DNA from: Candidatus Multivoradales bacterium
GTDB lineage: Bacteria; Acidobacteriota; Thermoanaerobaculia; Multivoradales; JAHEKO01
Reading direction: 5' to 3'
Length of the DNA: 64,000 nucleotides
Assembly: GCA_965223155.1 (NCBI GenBank)
Contig: CBDCVR010000013.1
Coordinates: 32,001-96,000 of the forward strand
A program made the translations under genes and the position numbers. Numbering within the stretch: position 1 is the stretch's first letter; every line of letters begins with the position of its first letter. The notes under the pieces were generated by a model. The model searched no databases, was not told the origin of the DNA, and saw only the letters and a program-made list of their open reading frames with translations. Shown here piece by piece: positions 62,801-64,000 of this stretch.

Positions 62801-63413
62801 CAAGGGTGTCGCGGGCTCGGCCATTCAGGTCTTGGAAGCGCTGCTGCGGCTGCGGCAGGTCGCCTGCCACCCCGGCCTGGTCGATCCCGACTGGGCGGAA
62901 GCCGGGAGCGCCAAGCTGGAGACGCTATTCGAGCAGGTCGATGAGGTTCTGGACGAAGGCCACAAAGCTCTGGTCTTCTCGCAGTTCACCTCGCTTCTGG
63001 CCTTCGTGCGCGATCATCTGGACCGGGACGGTCGGCCCTATGCCTATCTGGACGGCAAGACCAGGAACCGGGGAGAGCTCGTGGATCGCTTCCAGAACGA
63101 TCCGGACTGCAACCTGTTCCTGATCAGCCTCAAGGCCGGCGGCGTCGGCCTCAACCTCACCGCGGCCGGCTACGTCTTTCTGCTGGATCCGTGGTGGAAC
63201 CCCGCGGTCGAGGCGCAGGCCATCGATCGCACCCACCGCATCGGCCAGACCCAGCCGGTGTTCGCCTACCGCCTGATCGCCCAGGACACGGTGGAAGAAA
63301 AGCTACTCGAGCTCCAGAGCGCCAAGCGGGATTTGGCCGACGCCATCCTCGAGGGCGAGGGCCAGTCGTTGCGCGATCTCACCGCCGACGATCTCCGGTT
63401 GCTGCTGAGCTAA
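59868..63413 (+). CDS. SWIM zinc finger - SNF2 family helicase
   Basis: CECP..FCRH SWIM motif; LADDMGLGKT, DEAQ, LTGTPIEN, SLKAGGVGLNLT, QAIDRTHRIGQ. Confidence 0.92.
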   Translation: MSKESSSPARKRGRGRGRSGAPQGPVPLHRRSRSHFRPEERERGVECFFEGRVGLEIDGPRAQGSVTLGEGDAAETFRVGVDWHRIAERRVHTYCECPRFERGQFCRHVWAVLLALGESGEEHQPPGKDRLGLRKDGPEAWTELTSFAGGETVEPPPAEPGRDPEAIKKTVHLARPPRKAARSAARSGRGAPASWRSVVAALGDELAVAQGPAAIPQSAAPARNPTPVQFAINTAASEQSAGLVLDIFERSVSAGGKPKKAKRATVEHGRLERLLLPSGPNGGDSPAPSLTLVPELSPAPARRKNPPRKGGRRRKQAQDGVRRLMLPPALYPLALPHLASQRMLSRWDGRALNSVRPVRWDSGGVWHLALELAVGSKGVARLTGALERRTESIPLGEPALILVPAADGQNGSSRALVVLADTIGWLEVDRRRDLPWIRFLRSDGELVIPEKEVEMAVSQLLQLPALPRLEMPDDLGLEEEIRTPQPRLALEPEPAYLNRPYLAELSFDYGTVEIEADDTRSSVVDWETRTMLRRDLEQESAAVVRLLELGLNAVESADGGMQALHLDPSRLPAVIEPLLQEGWSVEVQGRTVCPPSPPNLKIESGIDWFDLSGEVDFDGDQLDLAAVLDAVSRGDHFVELEDGSKGLLPTAWMETYDSLADAARETTESGLRFQFSQALLVDALLTAMPPADVDEAFSNLREKLGSFERIKPKKEPRGFGGTLRAYQRRGLGWLTFLREFGLGGVLADDMGLGKTVQVLALILAHRTPSKTTKLPFLVVAPRSVVYNWLDEAAQFTPKLKVVEYRGAGREELLEKFGKFDVVVTTYGTLRRDISELAQIEFDTVILDEAQAIKNPTSQTAKASRLLNARHRLALTGTPIENHLGELGSIFEFLNPNFLGRLPRLEVLTARRVPSKKELAQLAEDLRPFILRRTKAQVLPDLPPKTEQVLLCTMRSEQRELYDQVRAGYQASLLEQVETKGVAGSAIQVLEALLRLRQVACHPGLVDPDWAEAGSAKLETLFEQVDEVLDEGHKALVFSQFTSLLAFVRDHLDRDGRPYAYLDGKTRNRGELVDRFQNDPDCNLFLISLKAGGVGLNLTAAGYVFLLDPWWNPAVEAQAIDRTHRIGQTQPVFAYRLIAQDTVEEKLLELQSAKRDLADAILEGEGQSLRDLTADDLRLLLS

Positions 63414-63484
63414 GGCGGGGCCCCCGGCCCTGGAGCCCCGGAGCCAGCGGAACCTCGCTCCATGCGCCGACGCGCCCCGGACGG

Positions 63485-64000
63485 CTAACGGCCGGCGAGA
63501 CCAGTAAACGAGACGATCACCGCCACCAGCAGAAGAAGCGCCAGCCAGACCGTGAGCGCCAGCCGGGTGGCCCGCTGCGAGCGCTCGGCCGCCCACCAGG
63601 ACCGGGGGCGGACGCCCTGAAGACGGAACACGGCGACGCCGGCCAGGTTGATGCAGATGATGTTGGCCGCGGCCAGGAGCACGGCATTGAGGGCCGGCTC
63701 ATAGTGCCCGCTCACGAGCAGCAGGGCCGCCACCGCGACCGGAGGCAGCAAGGCCACCGCCACCATGACGCCCACGAGGGCGCTTGCCACGCCCGTGGTG
63801 ACCGCTAGAGCGCCGGCGGCGCCGGTAGCGAGGGCGACCACCAAGTCGCCCAGGGAAAGGGCCGTGCGCGAGGCGATCTCCGGTGTCGAGGGGTCGGCCT
63901 GCCAGACGAAGGCGGCCGCGACGGAGACGCCGAAGGCGACGGCGAAACCGGCCAGCGAAGTTCTGGCGGCGCGGCCCCCAAGGCGCAGATCGCCCAGGGT
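63485..64000 (-). CDS. TIGR00341/DUF389 family membrane protein, 5'-truncated by window edge
   Basis: Frame open to 64000; EIASRT and GAAGAL...LVGVMVAVALLPP motifs. Confidence 0.8.
   Translation of the reverse strand, partial: TLGDLRLGGRAARTSLAGFAVAFGVSVAAAFVWQADPSTPEIASRTALSLGDLVVALATGAAGALAVTTGVASALVGVMVAVALLPPVAVAALLLVSGHYEPALNAVLLAAANIICINLAGVAVFRLQGVRPRSWWAAERSQRATRLALTVWLALLLLVAVIVSFTGLAGR

Noticed and set aside
59868-63413. SNF2 helicase as part of a defence system
   Set aside because: Neighbours are housekeeping-type genes, with no methylase or nuclease; SWIM-SNF2 proteins are widespread.

Overview
GC-rich bacterial chromosomal window. Gene content (NBR1-Ig/PKD giant protein, ASPIC-UnbV plus multiheme cytochrome pair, tandem GT-C-like membrane proteins, RRM protein) suggests an Acidobacteria-like organism, but this is inference only. 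Layout: (1) 1-10.5 kb: 1615-bp tandem duplication of an Asp-box (BNR) propeller gene plus the 5' end of a 2696-aa modular secreted protein. (2) 10.7-18.5 kb: acyl-CoA ligase, sulfotransferase, and a divergent operon of two AlkP-superfamily phosphodiesterases, a small RHH-like protein ending in RLxxLGY, and an EMC3/TMCO1(DUF106)-like membrane protein. (3) 18.5-26 kb: mixed genes (AAC(6')-like GNAT, thioesterase, methyltransferase, epimerase, ATL, DUF1684). (4) 26-38.8 kb: envelope-glycan cluster (Glf-like flavoprotein, GT2/GT4, acetylase, deacetylase, Wzx, two GT-C-like proteins, degenerate sulfatase). (5) VapC remnant, MATE, cytochrome b/multiheme c fusion with ASPIC-UnbV/TPR partner, and Cus-type RND pump. 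(6) proC, M24 peptidase, head-to-head GNAT and acyl-CoA ligase genes apparently sharing one symmetric -10 box, RRM protein, SWIM-SNF2 helicase and a partial TIGR00341 gene. Two related CTAG-bounded palindromic MITE-like elements start at stop codons. No rRNA, tRNA, CRISPR array or transposase was recognised. All family assignments come from reading motifs by eye, not from database searches.
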